Assembly (NCBI GenBank): GCA_900548695.1
Contig: URLC01000001.1
Span: 75,878-139,877 of the forward strand
DNA length: 64,000 nt
Direction: 5' to 3'
Source: an uncultured Mycoplasmatota bacterium
GTDB taxonomy: Bacteria; Bacillota_I; Bacilli_A; RF39; UBA660
The notes under the pieces are model-generated. The model was given only the letters and a program-made list of their open reading frames with translations, was not told the origin of the DNA and ran no database searches. A program made the translations under genes and the position numbers. Positions 19,339 to 30,422 of this stretch are shown in pieces. How positions within the stretch are numbered: the stretch's first letter is position 1; each line of letters starts with the position of its first letter.

Positions 19339-22152
19339 TTACAAGATTTTTTTTAAAAATTGACCTGTATATGATTCTTTTATGCTTGCAATTTCTTCTG
19401 GTGTACCAGTTGCGACTATTTGGCCACCTTCATCTCCACCTTCAGGTCCTAAGTCTATAATATAGTCAGCGACTTTGATAACATCTAAGTTATGTTCTAT
19501 CACTACTACAGTATCTTTATTATCTACTATTTTCTGTAAAATTGCAAGTAAGCGTTTGATATCATCTGTATGTAATCCCGTTGTAGGTTCATCTAAGACA
19601 AATAAAGTTTTTCCCGTTGCTTTTTTTTGTAATTCCTTCGCAAGTTTTACGCGTTCTGCTTCTCCTCCTGATAGTGTTGGAGCACTTTGACCAAGTTTTA
19701 TATAGCCTAAACCAACATCTTCTAAAACTTGTAATTTATTTTTTATTTTAGGGACGTTAGCAAAAAATTCTAAAGCTTCCGATACTCGCATGTCTAATAC
19801 TTCAGCAATATTTTTACCTTTATACTTTATGTTTAGCGTTTCTCTATTATACCTAGTTCCATGACATACTTCACACGGTACATAAACATCTGGTAAAAAA
19901 TGCATCTCAATTTTCTTTACTCCGTCTCCACGACAAGCTTCACAGCGGCCACCTTTTACATTAAATGAAAATCTGTTCTTTTCAAAACCATACATTTTGG
20001 CCTCTTTCGTAGTCGTGAAAAGTGTTCTAATATCATCGAATACGCCAGTATAAGTAGCGGGATTAGACCTTGGTGTTCTACCAATTGGGTTTTGCGATAT
20101 AGCCACTAGTTTGTCGATATTATCTAAACCTAAAATTTTCTTATGTTTTCCAGGTTTTTCTTTTGAACTGTATAGGCTTGAAGAAACAGTTTTACATAAA
20201 ATCTCATTGACAAGACTACTTTTTCCACTTCCTGATACTCCAGTCACACAAGTGAAGGTTCCTAAAGGAATATCTACATCTATATTTTTAAGATTATGTT
20301 CTTCTGCCCCTTTTATCTTCAGAAACTTTTTATTGCCTTTTCTTCTTGTCTTTGGAACTTCAACACATTTTTTTCCACTCAAATATTGACCTGTTAAACT
20401 ATTTTCATTATCCATCACTTCTTTTGGTGTTCCCGCAGCTACTATTTGTCCTCCATGATCTCCAGCACCTGGACCAATATCTACTAAGTAATCACAGGCT
20501 AACATCGTATCCGTATCATGTTCTACCACGATTAGAGTGTTGCCTAAATCACGCATCTCTAACATAGAATTTATTAATTTTTCATTATCCCTTTGATGAA
20601 GTCCTATACTTGGTTCATCTAAAACATATAAGACACCAGTTAAATGGGATCCTATTTGTGTTGCAAGACGAATCCGTTGTGCCTCTCCTCCTGATAACGT
20701 TCCAGCACTTCTACTTAATGTTAAATATTCTAATCCAACATTTGCTAAAAAGTGAAGTCTATCTTTTATTTCTTTTAATACGAGATTGGCAATTTCTTGT
20801 TTTTCTTCTGATAATTCTAAATTTTCAAAGAATGGTAATAATTCTTTGATACTCATTTCCGTTACCTCATGAATATTTTTTCCACCTAGCTTTACGGATA
20901 AGACATCTTCTTTTAATCTAGCCCCATGGCAAGTTTCGCAAGTATGTTCTACCATATAATTTTCTAACCATTCTCTTACCCAATTAGAACTTGTTTCTAC
21001 ATATCTTCTTTCTAAGTTGTTAATAATTCCTTCATAGAAATCTTTGCTATTATATTTATTACCACTTTTTGAAGAATATTGAAAATGAATTATTTCATCT
21101 GAACCATATAAAATAACATTTTGTTGTTTCTTAGTTAATGATTTCCAAGGTTTAGTCATATCTATTTTATAATGCTTACAAAGACATTCTAACTTTTGGT
21201 AATCTAACCCTTCAGGATCATCTGTTAAAGTTTTGATACAGCCATTAGAAATAGATTTTGTTTTATCCGGTATTAGCAAATCTTCATCTATCTGCAATTT
21301 CATTCCTAAACCTTTACAGTCAGGACAAGCACCATATGGAGCATTAAAACTGAAAATTCTAGGTTCTAATTCTGGTAAAGAAAATTCACAATATGGACAA
21401 GCAAAAGATTCTGATAACACTAATTCCTTTTTATTTTCACCTAATATTTCAACTACTACTTTACCTTTGGATAACTTTGTTGCTGCTTCAATTGCTTCAA
21501 ATAGTCTAGAGCGACTATTTTCTTTGATAATTAGACGGTCAATAACTACATCTATTTTGTGTTTTTTGTTTTTATCTAAAGTTATCTCTTCTGATAAGTC
21601 TAACATTTCATCGTCAACTCTAATTCTTACATAGCCTTCTTTGCGTAGAGTTTCTAGAAGATCTTTTTGCGTTCCTTTTTCACCATTTACAACGGGTGAC
21701 ATAATAATTATTTTAGTTCCTTCACTATATTCTAAAACCTTATTAGTCATCTCTTCTACACTTTGACTTGTAATTGGTATATTATGAGTTGGACAGTATG
21801 GTATTCCTACTCTTGCAAAAATTAAACGTAAGTAATCATAGATTTCAGTTACTGTCCCAACTGTTGAACGGGGATTATTATTCGTAGTTTTTTGATCAAT
21901 ACTAATTGCTGGTGATAAACCTTCAATACTATCCACATCAGGCTTTTCACTACCACCTAGAAATTGTCTTGCATAAGCAGATAGACTTTCTACATATCTT
22001 CTTTGGCCTTCTGCATAAATAGTATCAAAAGCTAAACTACTTTTTCCACTTCCTGATACTCCAGTCATAACCACTAATTTATTTTTTGGTATTTCAATAT
22101 TTACATTTTTTAAATTATTCTCTCTTGCACCTTTTACAATTATTTTATCCAT
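19339..22152 (-). CDS. uvrA: Excinuclease ABC subunit A (start corrected to MDKIIVKGA)
   Basis: Two ABC modules and zinc fingers. Very strong UvrA match across ~940 aa. AGGTGA RBS. Confidence 0.95.
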   Translation of the reverse strand: MDKIIVKGARENNLKNVNIEIPKNKLVVMTGVSGSGKSSLAFDTIYAEGQRRYVESLSAYARQFLGGSEKPDVDSIEGLSPAISIDQKTTNNNPRSTVGTVTEIYDYLRLIFARVGIPYCPTHNIPITSQSVEEMTNKVLEYSEGTKIIIMSPVVNGEKGTQKDLLETLRKEGYVRIRVDDEMLDLSEEITLDKNKKHKIDVVIDRLIIKENSRSRLFEAIEAATKLSKGKVVVEILGENKKELVLSESFACPYCEFSLPELEPRIFSFNAPYGACPDCKGLGMKLQIDEDLLIPDKTKSISNGCIKTLTDDPEGLDYQKLECLCKHYKIDMTKPWKSLTKKQQNVILYGSDEIIHFQYSSKSGNKYNSKDFYEGIINNLERRYVETSSNWVREWLENYMVEHTCETCHGARLKEDVLSVKLGGKNIHEVTEMSIKELLPFFENLELSEEKQEIANLVLKEIKDRLHFLANVGLEYLTLSRSAGTLSGGEAQRIRLATQIGSHLTGVLYVLDEPSIGLHQRDNEKLINSMLEMRDLGNTLIVVEHDTDTMLACDYLVDIGPGAGDHGGQIVAAGTPKEVMDNENSLTGQYLSGKKCVEVPKTRRKGNKKFLKIKGAEEHNLKNIDVDIPLGTFTCVTGVSGSGKSSLVNEILCKTVSSSLYSSKEKPGKHKKILGLDNIDKLVAISQNPIGRTPRSNPATYTGVFDDIRTLFTTTKEAKMYGFEKNRFSFNVKGGRCEACRGDGVKKIEMHFLPDVYVPCEVCHGTRYNRETLNIKYKGKNIAEVLDMRVSEALEFFANVPKIKNKLQVLEDVGLGYIKLGQSAPTLSGGEAERVKLAKELQKKATGKTLFVLDEPTTGLHTDDIKRLLAILQKIVDNKDTVVVIEHNLDVIKVADYIIDLGPEGGDEGGQIVATGTPEEIASIKESYTGQFLKKIL

Positions 22153-22234
22153 GTTCATCACCTGCCACATATTATAACATATTTTTTAAGTTTTTTATTA
22201 CTAACTTTTGCACTATTATTTTATAGCAGAAACA

Positions 22235-22255
22235 TTTGTTCGTCAATCGAACAAA
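22235..22255. promoter_or_regulatory. Inverted repeat TTTGTTCG-tcaat-CGAACAAA upstream of uvrA / downstream of radical SAM gene (operator or terminator-like)
   Basis: Read directly. It contains GTTCG/CGAAC half-sites in everted order relative to the Firmicute LexA (Cheo) box. Confidence 0.3.
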
Positions 22256-22289
22256 TAAAAAGAATAGACTTTATTAGTACTATTCTATT

Positions 22290-23123
22290 TTAGTTTTTTC
22301 GCTCCTTAAAAGTACAAGATTGACACAATTTTTCACTAGGTTTTCTGTCTTGAAATGATTTCTTCAATTTTTTATATCTTTCTTTTGATTGGATTGCTTC
22401 TAGTGTTTCATTATATATATTTCCTAAGTTAATGATTCCATCGCTATCTAGACAGCAAGGTATTACTGTACCATCAACTAAAATCGCTATTTGTGTTTTT
22501 AAAGCATGACAATATCCACAACTTTTGTGATTATTAATAGTTGGCCATTCAAATTCATTATCTTTATCCACATATATTGTGGAAGAAATTTTTACGTTTT
22601 TTTCTTTTTTTAGTTTTTCCACTGTTATTGAGGATAATTCATAATATTTTTCTAACTTTTCAACTGTTTTATTAGACTTTTCATCCAGTTTATTGCCTTT
22701 TAATGTCCATAGCCTATAAATAACCACAGTATCTGGTGATAATTTTTCAACACTTTCAAAAATTTTTTCTTCGTAGTCTTTTATATTTTGTTCACAATGT
22801 AGCGAAAAATTCATCTTGTGTAAAGTTTTACATCCTTTTAATTTTTCTACTAGTTTGGGAAACAAAATTCCGTTTGTTGTTATGTTTACATTTAAATTGT
22901 ATTTTTCTGTAAGCTTTAAAAAATCAATTATTTGAGGATGAAGTAACGGTTCACCTTTGACATGAAGATAGATAACTTTTGTGACTTTAGATACTTCTTT
23001 TAAGATGTGGTCAAATTCTTCTAAGGTCATAAAGCGTTTTTCTTTTTTCATGGGTGAACAGAACGAACAATTTAGATTACAATTATTTGTTATTTCAATA
23101 TAGACTTTTTTATATTTATCCAT
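22290..23123 (-). CDS. Radical SAM protein with C-terminal SPASM/twitch-like Cys cluster
   Basis: N-terminal CNLNCSFC is a CX3CX2C motif in the ItNxCNLxCxfC context typical of the SPASM subfamily. C-terminal cysteines: CGYC...PCC...CQSC. Confidence 0.7.
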   Translation of the reverse strand: MDKYKKVYIEITNNCNLNCSFCSPMKKEKRFMTLEEFDHILKEVSKVTKVIYLHVKGEPLLHPQIIDFLKLTEKYNLNVNITTNGILFPKLVEKLKGCKTLHKMNFSLHCEQNIKDYEEKIFESVEKLSPDTVVIYRLWTLKGNKLDEKSNKTVEKLEKYYELSSITVEKLKKEKNVKISSTIYVDKDNEFEWPTINNHKSCGYCHALKTQIAILVDGTVIPCCLDSDGIINLGNIYNETLEAIQSKERYKKLKKSFQDRKPSEKLCQSCTFKERKN

Positions 23124-23151
23124 CTTTTTTACCTACTTTTTGACTTTTATA

Positions 23152-25104
23152 TTAATTTCCGGATTTCATTTCAAATAAAATATCTCGTAACTCCATAGCA
23201 CGTTCGAAATCTAGGGCTTTGGCAGCTTCTCTCATCTCTTGTTCTAGTGATTCTACAGTTTTAGCTAATTCTTTTTTAGTCATCTTCTTTTGTTTCTTTG
23301 TTCCTGATTCATCAGTATTACTAATTACTTCTCTTATTTCTTTATTAATTGTTTTAGGAACAATTCCATGTTCCTCATTGTATTTCTCTTGAATTTTTCT
23401 ACGTCTTGCTGTTTCTTCTATGGTTTCTTTCATTGAATCTGTAATTTTATCACCATACATAATAACGTGTCCATTCGCATTTCTAGCGCAACGCCCAACT
23501 GTTTGAATTAAACTTCTACTACTACGTAAGAATCCTTCTTTATCAGCATCCAATATGGCAATAAGAGATACTTCTGGTATATCAATTCCTTCTCGTAATA
23601 AGTTGATTCCAACAACAACATCATATTTTCCAATTCGTAAATCGTGAATTATTTGTAATCTTTCTAGTGTTTTTATTTCAGAATGAAGGTATGCTACTTT
23701 TATATCTAACTCTTTTAAATAATTTGTTAACTCTTCCGACATACGAATTGTTAAGGTTGTTACTAAGACTCTTTCATTTTTTTCAATTCTATCTCTTATT
23801 TCTCCGACCAAATCATCTATTTGTCCTTCGGTCTTTCTCACTTCAATAGTTGGATCTAGAAGTCCTGTTGGTCTAATTATTTGCTCTACGTATTTATTAT
23901 TTGTATGTTCTAGCTCCAAATCACCTGGTGTTGCGGATACATATATAACTTGATTGATTTTCTTTTCGAATTCTTCATATTTTAATGGTCTATTGTCTAG
24001 TGCACTTGGTAGTCTAAACCCATAATCAACTAAATTCATTTTTCTAGCTCTATCTCCGTTATACATACCTCTTACTTGTGGTAGTGTGACATGAGACTCA
24101 TCAACTACAAGAAGATAGTCTTTTGGGAAGAAATCCATTAAAGTTGTGGGTGTTTCGCCTTTTTTTCTTCCAGCCATGGGAGCAGAATAGTTTTCAATAC
24201 CAGAGCAAAAACCCGTTTCTTCTAGCATTTCAATATCATAGTTGGTCCTTTGTTCCAAACGTTCTGCTGCTAACAACTTGTTATTTTCTTTTAGTTCTTG
24301 TAATCTATCTTTTAACTCTTCTTTTATACGCACAATAGCAGATTTTAATTTTTCATCACTTACAACGAAGTGACTAGCTGGAAAAAGGCTTAAATTCTTC
24401 TTGCTGGAAATAATCGCTCCAGTTAAGGTGTCTACTTCACTAATACGATCAATTTCCGAACCAAAGAATTCAACTCTATATCCAGTTGTATTTTGGTATG
24501 ATGGAATAATTTCGACTATATCTCCTCTTACTCTAAAAGTACCTCTTTTAAAATCTAAATCATTACGTTCATAAAGCATATCCACTAATTTGGTTAACAT
24601 GTCATTTCTATCCATTTCTTCACCAACAGATAAAGTTAACATTTTATTTTTATATTCTTCTACTTCTCCTATACCATAAATACACGAAACACTAGCAACG
24701 ACAATGACATCATCGCGGGATAATAAACTACTGGTTGCCGCATGACGAAGTTCATCTATTTCATCATTAATAGATGAATCTTTTTCAATATATGTATCTG
24801 TTGATGGAACATATGCCTCTGGTTGATAATAGTCATAATAGGAAACAAAATATTCCACTCTATTTTCAGGAAATAATTCTTTTAATTCAGAATATAATTG
24901 TCCTGCTAAAGTTTTATTATGGGCAAGGACTAAAGTTGGCTTATTAACTTCTTTGATTACATTCGCAATAGTAAAGGTTTTTCCTGTTCCTGTTGCACCT
25001 AAAAGAACCTGTTCTTTTTTTCCTTCTTTAATTCCCTTTACCAATTCTTTTATTGCGGTTGGTTGATCTCCAGAAGGTTTAAATTTTGATATTAGTTTAA
25101 ACAT
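23152..25104 (-). CDS. uvrB: Excinuclease ABC subunit B (start corrected to [15 protein letters not shown])
   Basis: The UvrB N-terminus and helicase motifs are present. AAGGAGG RBS. The ORF-track N-extension is unsupported. Confidence 0.95.
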   Translation of the reverse strand: MFKLISKFKPSGDQPTAIKELVKGIKEGKKEQVLLGATGTGKTFTIANVIKEVNKPTLVLAHNKTLAGQLYSELKELFPENRVEYFVSYYDYYQPEAYVPSTDTYIEKDSSINDEIDELRHAATSSLLSRDDVIVVASVSCIYGIGEVEEYKNKMLTLSVGEEMDRNDMLTKLVDMLYERNDLDFKRGTFRVRGDIVEIIPSYQNTTGYRVEFFGSEIDRISEVDTLTGAIISSKKNLSLFPASHFVVSDEKLKSAIVRIKEELKDRLQELKENNKLLAAERLEQRTNYDIEMLEETGFCSGIENYSAPMAGRKKGETPTTLMDFFPKDYLLVVDESHVTLPQVRGMYNGDRARKMNLVDYGFRLPSALDNRPLKYEEFEKKINQVIYVSATPGDLELEHTNNKYVEQIIRPTGLLDPTIEVRKTEGQIDDLVGEIRDRIEKNERVLVTTLTIRMSEELTNYLKELDIKVAYLHSEIKTLERLQIIHDLRIGKYDVVVGINLLREGIDIPEVSLIAILDADKEGFLRSSRSLIQTVGRCARNANGHVIMYGDKITDSMKETIEETARRRKIQEKYNEEHGIVPKTINKEIREVISNTDESGTKKQKKMTKKELAKTVESLEQEMREAAKALDFERAMELRDILFEMKSGN

Positions 25105-25492
25105 ATTTTTTTCCTCCTTACTATGACCATAGCCAACCAAACAATTAGTATTCTCAGTTGAAAAGTTCGTATTCCTCTGATAACATCCTATACTTTTTGG
25201 TAAAAAATGATAAAATATGGATCTAGGTCATAAATTCACTAAATACCACTAAACATTTTTATTAACCTATTTTAACACTTATTTTTCAATAAAACAAGAA
25301 ATGCACAGTGTGTTGTTTAACATTTTAATTTGAAATTTTTATTCATTAATCAATAGATTTTTAAATAAATTAATTTTAATTATTATTTTAGGAGTATTAA
25401 TATTTTGTAGAAAACCTAGTTATAGGGAGATTAAGGAAAAATTAGAAGTAACTAAATATACAGTAGTATATGATTTAACGGCTAATGAAGAA

Positions 25493-25771
25493 TTGAAAAA
25501 GCAAATAAATGATACTAAATTAATAAGGGAAATAACAAACATATTAAATGAAGCAAAAATAGATAATAGTAGATGGGAAACTACTACAGGTAACAAATAT
25601 AGACTTGAACTCTATGATAATAGTAACAAAATGATAATCCAAGTTTTTATCAACATAAACTATAATAACCCAGTATATATTAAGTACAAAGATTATGACT
25701 ATTCTTTAAAACTTAAACAAACTGAATTATTAAATACCATTATAAATAATTATATTGAATTAAATTCCTAA
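25493..25771 (+). CDS. Hypothetical small Asn/Lys-rich protein (TTG start, weak RBS)
   Basis: ORF followed by a clean terminator at 25789-25825. Low-complexity sequence with no family match. Confidence 0.25.
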   Translation: MKKQINDTKLIREITNILNEAKIDNSRWETTTGNKYRLELYDNSNKMIIQVFININYNNPVYIKYKDYDYSLKLKQTELLNTIINNYIELNS

Positions 25772-25788
25772 AAAATATTTATTAAAAA

Positions 25789-25825
25789 AGACTATTGATA
25801 AGTTCATTATCGATAGTCTTTTTCT
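25789..25825. terminator. Rho-independent terminator (13-bp stem AGACTATTGATAA / TTATCGATAGTCT, one mismatch)
   Basis: Hairpin followed by TTTTTC on the plus strand and preceded by an A-run. Confidence 0.55.
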
Positions 25826-26064
25826 TAATAATCTTTTAAATTTAAATACTCATTTCTATTATTTGTGTACATTTCAGATAGAGTAATATCAAACTCTTTT
25901 AATGTTATTGATTAGTCTGTGTTTTTATTTCCTGCTGTTAGTCTCTTATTTTAACACTTTGTATTATGAAATACAATAAATTAACTCTTATATTAGTGAC
26001 TATATAAAACTTTACTTTTCTCTTCTTTTTATCTATAATAAGAAAACATGTAAGGAGGAGAATT

Positions 26065-26397
26065 ATGAATAGTAAAAAGCAAGATATGAAAGTTCAATAT
26101 GATTTACTCTTAATTGATGAAGATATTGAAAAAATTCCACAAGATAGTTATTTATCAATTAGTTCTAGTGCTATAGAATTTGTACCAAAGTTAGGAGAAC
26201 AAGAGACTGAAGAATTTTTTAGATCAAAAACTGGTATTCATACTTTATATGTTTCTTCTCATCCTGAAAAAATACAGGTAGCCTGTCAATATGCTATAGA
26301 CACATGTTTTTTAAATAATGGAATTAACGATATCGGTAATTTTGATAGAACTTATGAAATTCCATATACTAAACAATTAACAAAAAAACTCTACTAA
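26065..26397 (+). CDS. Hypothetical 110-aa protein (orphan; strong RBS AAGGAGGAG)
   Basis: Consensus-strength RBS, and a terminator hairpin AAACTCTAC-taaaaa-GTAGAGTTT overlapping the stop. No recognisable domain. Confidence 0.5.
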   Translation: MNSKKQDMKVQYDLLLIDEDIEKIPQDSYLSISSSAIEFVPKLGEQETEEFFRSKTGIHTLYVSSHPEKIQVACQYAIDTCFLNNGINDIGNFDRTYEIPYTKQLTKKLY

Positions 26398-26410
26398 AAA
26401 GTAGAGTTTT

Positions 26411-27409
26411 CTATTTTTTACTGGTTTCTTTCTTTTTATAGAATGTTAATGCAGTTTCTTTTAATACATCTTGTAAACATTCTGGTGTATATGATTTTAC
26501 TAAAAAGAGACTATTAAATAATACTGGATTAGATGATAGAATCTTTTTTATTGATGATAGCTCTTGGAGTTTAAAATCCGGATTTACTTCATATATATAT
26601 TTTCTAAATATGTTGTTATAGGGGTTTACTTTGTTATTGGTCCAAGGTTTTATTCCTAATAATCCATAACTATGTAATATTTTTGGATTCATTTTTGATT
26701 CTTTTACCATTTCTAAATCTTTATCAAACCTATCGCAAAATAAACTTAACGTCAACCCTTGCATTAGACTAATAGCTGGTGACAAATTATAACTCATTGG
26801 TAATTCTTCTATATCTGTTTCTAATGTGCAATTTAATACATCTTGATCTGGATATATTAACTTTTTAGTTGGATTATCTTTCATAAATTTTATTACTCTT
26901 GCTTCACAATTCTCTTTTTTCCACCAATTAGTATTTATCTTTAATACTCCGGAATTAAAATATCTACTTACCCCTAAATCCTTAATATAAGATGGATGAG
27001 CATTGTCTAACACTGCGTGAATTTTTCCATGATACTGATTTAAATCATTTAAATCACCTGTTACTATTGTATCTGAATCTAAATATAATAACTCCTCTAT
27101 ATTGTCTAAGTTTTTACCCAGTATTTTTTGAAAAAATAATCTAGCATTAGCAACTTGAGTGTCTTGCCATCCGGGAATCTGATATTTTTCTAAATGAAAT
27201 TCCTCAATAGGATAAAATGATAAGGTAACATTAGGAAATTTATCTAATAGTATTTGTACTTTCTTATCGTCATGATCTAAAAAACCTTCTGTCATCATAT
27301 GAATCCTTATATTTTCAATTTGAGAATTATCAATTACTGATAATATAGATGCTAAAGTTATATTTAAATAACTTCTATTAGTTGCATATAAAATATCTAG
27401 ATGTTTCAT
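26411..27409 (-). CDS. Glycosyltransferase family 8 (GspA/LPS glucosyltransferase-like)
   Basis: 332 aa; N-terminal ILYATNRSY and the DxD motif LYLDSDTIV are typical of GT8. Confidence 0.7.
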   Translation of the reverse strand: MKHLDILYATNRSYLNITLASILSVIDNSQIENIRIHMMTEGFLDHDDKKVQILLDKFPNVTLSFYPIEEFHLEKYQIPGWQDTQVANARLFFQKILGKNLDNIEELLYLDSDTIVTGDLNDLNQYHGKIHAVLDNAHPSYIKDLGVSRYFNSGVLKINTNWWKKENCEARVIKFMKDNPTKKLIYPDQDVLNCTLETDIEELPMSYNLSPAISLMQGLTLSLFCDRFDKDLEMVKESKMNPKILHSYGLLGIKPWTNNKVNPYNNIFRKYIYEVNPDFKLQELSSIKKILSSNPVLFNSLFLVKSYTPECLQDVLKETALTFYKKKETSKK

Positions 27410-27554
27410 ATTTTCACCTTTTTCTTATATAAACGTAAGTTTTTCTCGTTAAATAGTTTTTCAAATTAGTAATTATTTATTTAATATATATGGTTTATAT
27501 TATATGTCTACTTTAATAATCTTAAAACAGGAGTAAAAAATAATTCCTAAAATT

Positions 27555-30101
27555 TTAGGAATTACTTGCAACTTTTGCTGCTTTTTTATACCTTCTAATC
27601 ATTTGTTTCACATTCTTATCATTTATATTATTCAAGCAAGATGGGACATATTCTCGTTTGCTATTTAATTTAGTTAGTAACCCTTTTACTTCTTCTGATG
27701 CTTCTTCTGGCTCATAAGTACCTCTTTCAAACTTATGTAAAGTATTTAATAAATAAACTCCTGTTTCTGTTTCTGGGTTTAACTCTATAGTACTATCAGT
27801 AGTTTTTTCTGAAACATAGTAGCTTTCTGTTACTTGATCTAAGACTTCAAATATTTTATGAGCTTTATGTTTAGAAACTTTCATTAAGTCTGATACCATT
27901 TCATTATGGTTTTTTAGAATTAATCTATCAGAATCTGGTAATCTGCTCTTATAAATGAAGGGAATACTATTGTTAGTGAAATTATAAGCTAACATTTCTG
28001 ATAGATAAGTACTTACTATCTTAGTGATAGATGTTTCTTGATATCTATTTTCATCCAACTCTAATTTTTCTTGTAATAAGGCTAACCAACCTTCAAACTC
28101 TTTAGCTTCTAAAACCTCACGATAATTATCTAAATCTTTAGAAGTTAGAGTTTTACTTATTTTCAAATTAGCTGGTGTAATAGCGGCTTTTTTTAATTTT
28201 CCTTCTTTAGTTACTAAGCACTGAAAGAGCATCGTTGGATAGAGTTTATCTTCAGTAAAAGTTGGTAAAGAAAGGGTATTTGTTTCTAATTCTTTTTGTA
28301 ATAAATCATTAAAGTTAACTATTTTAGTAGTATCTAAGATATGAATACCAATATTCTTACTTCCATCTGGTAAGTAACTAATCGAAAATGCAAAAGGTTC
28401 TACTCCATCAATTTTGAAAGTTTTGCAAGTTAGGGTTTCTTGATACGTTGGATATTTCAACCGATTATTATGTTCTACTCCTTCATCTAAAGAGTATTGA
28501 TATAACTCTTCTTTGGTGGCATCATCGATTTTTTCAAAAGTTTCTTTATAATCAAGATTATTAAAAGAATTTTTCTGAAAAGCAATTAATTCTTCTATAT
28601 CTTCCAAAACTTTACTGGTCGTTTGATATCCTTTACCTTTTACATATTCGCTAAACTCATTAAGACGAGTGGTATATTTAGTTAATTCTCGTGGTAATAA
28701 GTCAACTTCTTTATTAATAAATAATTTTATTATTTCCTTATAAAAATCGGGACTTTGATATTCTAGATTTTGATCTAGGAGAGCTAATTTATAATTTTTG
28801 ATAAATTCATCTAATACCAATAATACAAAATGCTCTTTTTCAGTTTTTTCAACTTTTTTTCTAGAGTTACCATTTTTCTTTATACCCTCTTTTCTAGCTC
28901 TTTGAAACTCTTCAATTTCTAGTAAATTTTTTATATAAGGATAATTTCTATCATCTTGTATTAATTTATATAAAATTTCGTAATAGATACTGGTATCTTC
29001 ATCATACTCATAAAATATAGGTCTAATCTTAACGAATTCTTTTTCGACTAGACGTAAAAATTCTTTTTCTAAATCTAGACTAGCACTTTGCCCTTTTTTA
29101 ATACCTTTTCTTGTTTTTTTAATAATATCTTCAGCCAGATAAGTTAACTCTTCTAATTCTTTTTTTGGCAAATCTTGAAGATCAGATAATAATTTAGTAA
29201 TTTCTTCTGGTATTCCATTTTCTAATTTATAGCCGTACTTTTGAAGATATTTCCCACTTTCTAATCTTCTTAATATACGTTGTAATTCTTGCTCCGTTTT
29301 ATTTCTTGGCTCTAAAAAATCTTTGCTTTCAATTAAATCTTCATTGGTAAATTCCAATTTTGTCATATCTTTTATTTGTTTATTTTCTAAATCTATTAAT
29401 GTAGTGATATCTTTTAAAATGTGATGAGCCTTCTTCACTTCAATTGCTAGTGTTTCTAGCTTTTCTTGGAATGGTTTATATTCTTTGGTATTGAGTTTAT
29501 CGTATAGTACTTTTTTTGTTGTGGCGCGATTTCTTTTTATATTTGCATCTTCTGCTACCATATTTTTTATTCTTTCGAAAGTTTCTTTTTTATAACGGTC
29601 TAATTCTTGGGTTGCTTCTTTATAGATTTTTTCCAAATGTCTTAAAATGGTTATTTTCTCGTTGGACATTTGAGATTTAGCATATTCTTCTACTAGCTCT
29701 TTCGCTTCTTTACTTACCCAATAATTAATGGCATTGATTTCTTCTATCAAATGTTGTTTTCTTTCATTGATACCAATTGATTTTTTCTCTTTTCTTCTAT
29801 AATTTTCTGGAATGGAAATATTTCTTTTTATTTCAGACAAGCGTTTTTCTGCTTCTTTTAATTCTTTTATTTCAGTTTGCTTTTCAATTGATAAATCCAT
29901 TTCTCCTCTTTTGTTATAGGCTCTTTTCGCTGTTGCTGCTTTTTTTCTTCTTGTGATTAACTCCTTTGTGATTAAAGATAAGAACTCTTTTGTTAATGTT
30001 GCTTCAAGCTTTTCTTGCAATTCTTCTAAGTCTTTGGCATTTTGTATATGAACAATTGCTTCTTCTATTAATTTTTTAGTTTCTTCCTTATTTTGTTCCA
30101 T
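27555..30101 (-). CDS. Large (848 aa) coiled-coil protein with C-terminal degenerate RNase II/R (RNB)-like domain
   Basis: Long Lys/Glu-rich N-terminal region. The segment TFKIDGVEPFAFSIS...IGIHILDTTKIV aligns to RNB motif I (TIDxxDAxDFDDAxS...VHIADVS). Most of the catalytic Asp positions are substituted. Confidence 0.45.
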   Translation of the reverse strand: MEQNKEETKKLIEEAIVHIQNAKDLEELQEKLEATLTKEFLSLITKELITRRKKAATAKRAYNKRGEMDLSIEKQTEIKELKEAEKRLSEIKRNISIPENYRRKEKKSIGINERKQHLIEEINAINYWVSKEAKELVEEYAKSQMSNEKITILRHLEKIYKEATQELDRYKKETFERIKNMVAEDANIKRNRATTKKVLYDKLNTKEYKPFQEKLETLAIEVKKAHHILKDITTLIDLENKQIKDMTKLEFTNEDLIESKDFLEPRNKTEQELQRILRRLESGKYLQKYGYKLENGIPEEITKLLSDLQDLPKKELEELTYLAEDIIKKTRKGIKKGQSASLDLEKEFLRLVEKEFVKIRPIFYEYDEDTSIYYEILYKLIQDDRNYPYIKNLLEIEEFQRARKEGIKKNGNSRKKVEKTEKEHFVLLVLDEFIKNYKLALLDQNLEYQSPDFYKEIIKLFINKEVDLLPRELTKYTTRLNEFSEYVKGKGYQTTSKVLEDIEELIAFQKNSFNNLDYKETFEKIDDATKEELYQYSLDEGVEHNNRLKYPTYQETLTCKTFKIDGVEPFAFSISYLPDGSKNIGIHILDTTKIVNFNDLLQKELETNTLSLPTFTEDKLYPTMLFQCLVTKEGKLKKAAITPANLKISKTLTSKDLDNYREVLEAKEFEGWLALLQEKLELDENRYQETSITKIVSTYLSEMLAYNFTNNSIPFIYKSRLPDSDRLILKNHNEMVSDLMKVSKHKAHKIFEVLDQVTESYYVSEKTTDSTIELNPETETGVYLLNTLHKFERGTYEPEEASEEVKGLLTKLNSKREYVPSCLNNINDKNVKQMIRRYKKAAKVASNS

Positions 30102-30422
30102 TATATCACCTCTAATTTCAATTACTGTTTTAGATACAAGTTTAGTGGTATTTTCATCGTTAGTATCAAACTTTGGGTATATTTTTTCACCTCTATTAAA
30201 GTATTGGTTGTTACACTAACAATTTTATCACTGGCTTCTCTCTTTTACTTATTTTTTATCATCTGTTGATAAGAATCCCTCAAAATCCATCTCAATTAGT
30301 TTTTATTTCATACTTTCTCCTCACTTTGACTTTATCATACTATTTTGATTTAAAAAAAACAATCTTTTCTTTTTTATATTTTGGTGATATAATAATACAC
30401 TCACAAAGGGAGTGGTTAGGTT

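Noticed and set aside
25140-25300. Possible LexA box upstream of uvrB (GAAAAGTTCGTATTC)
   Set aside because: Only a single GTTCG half-site is present, with no CGAAC partner at N4 spacing. That is insufficient.
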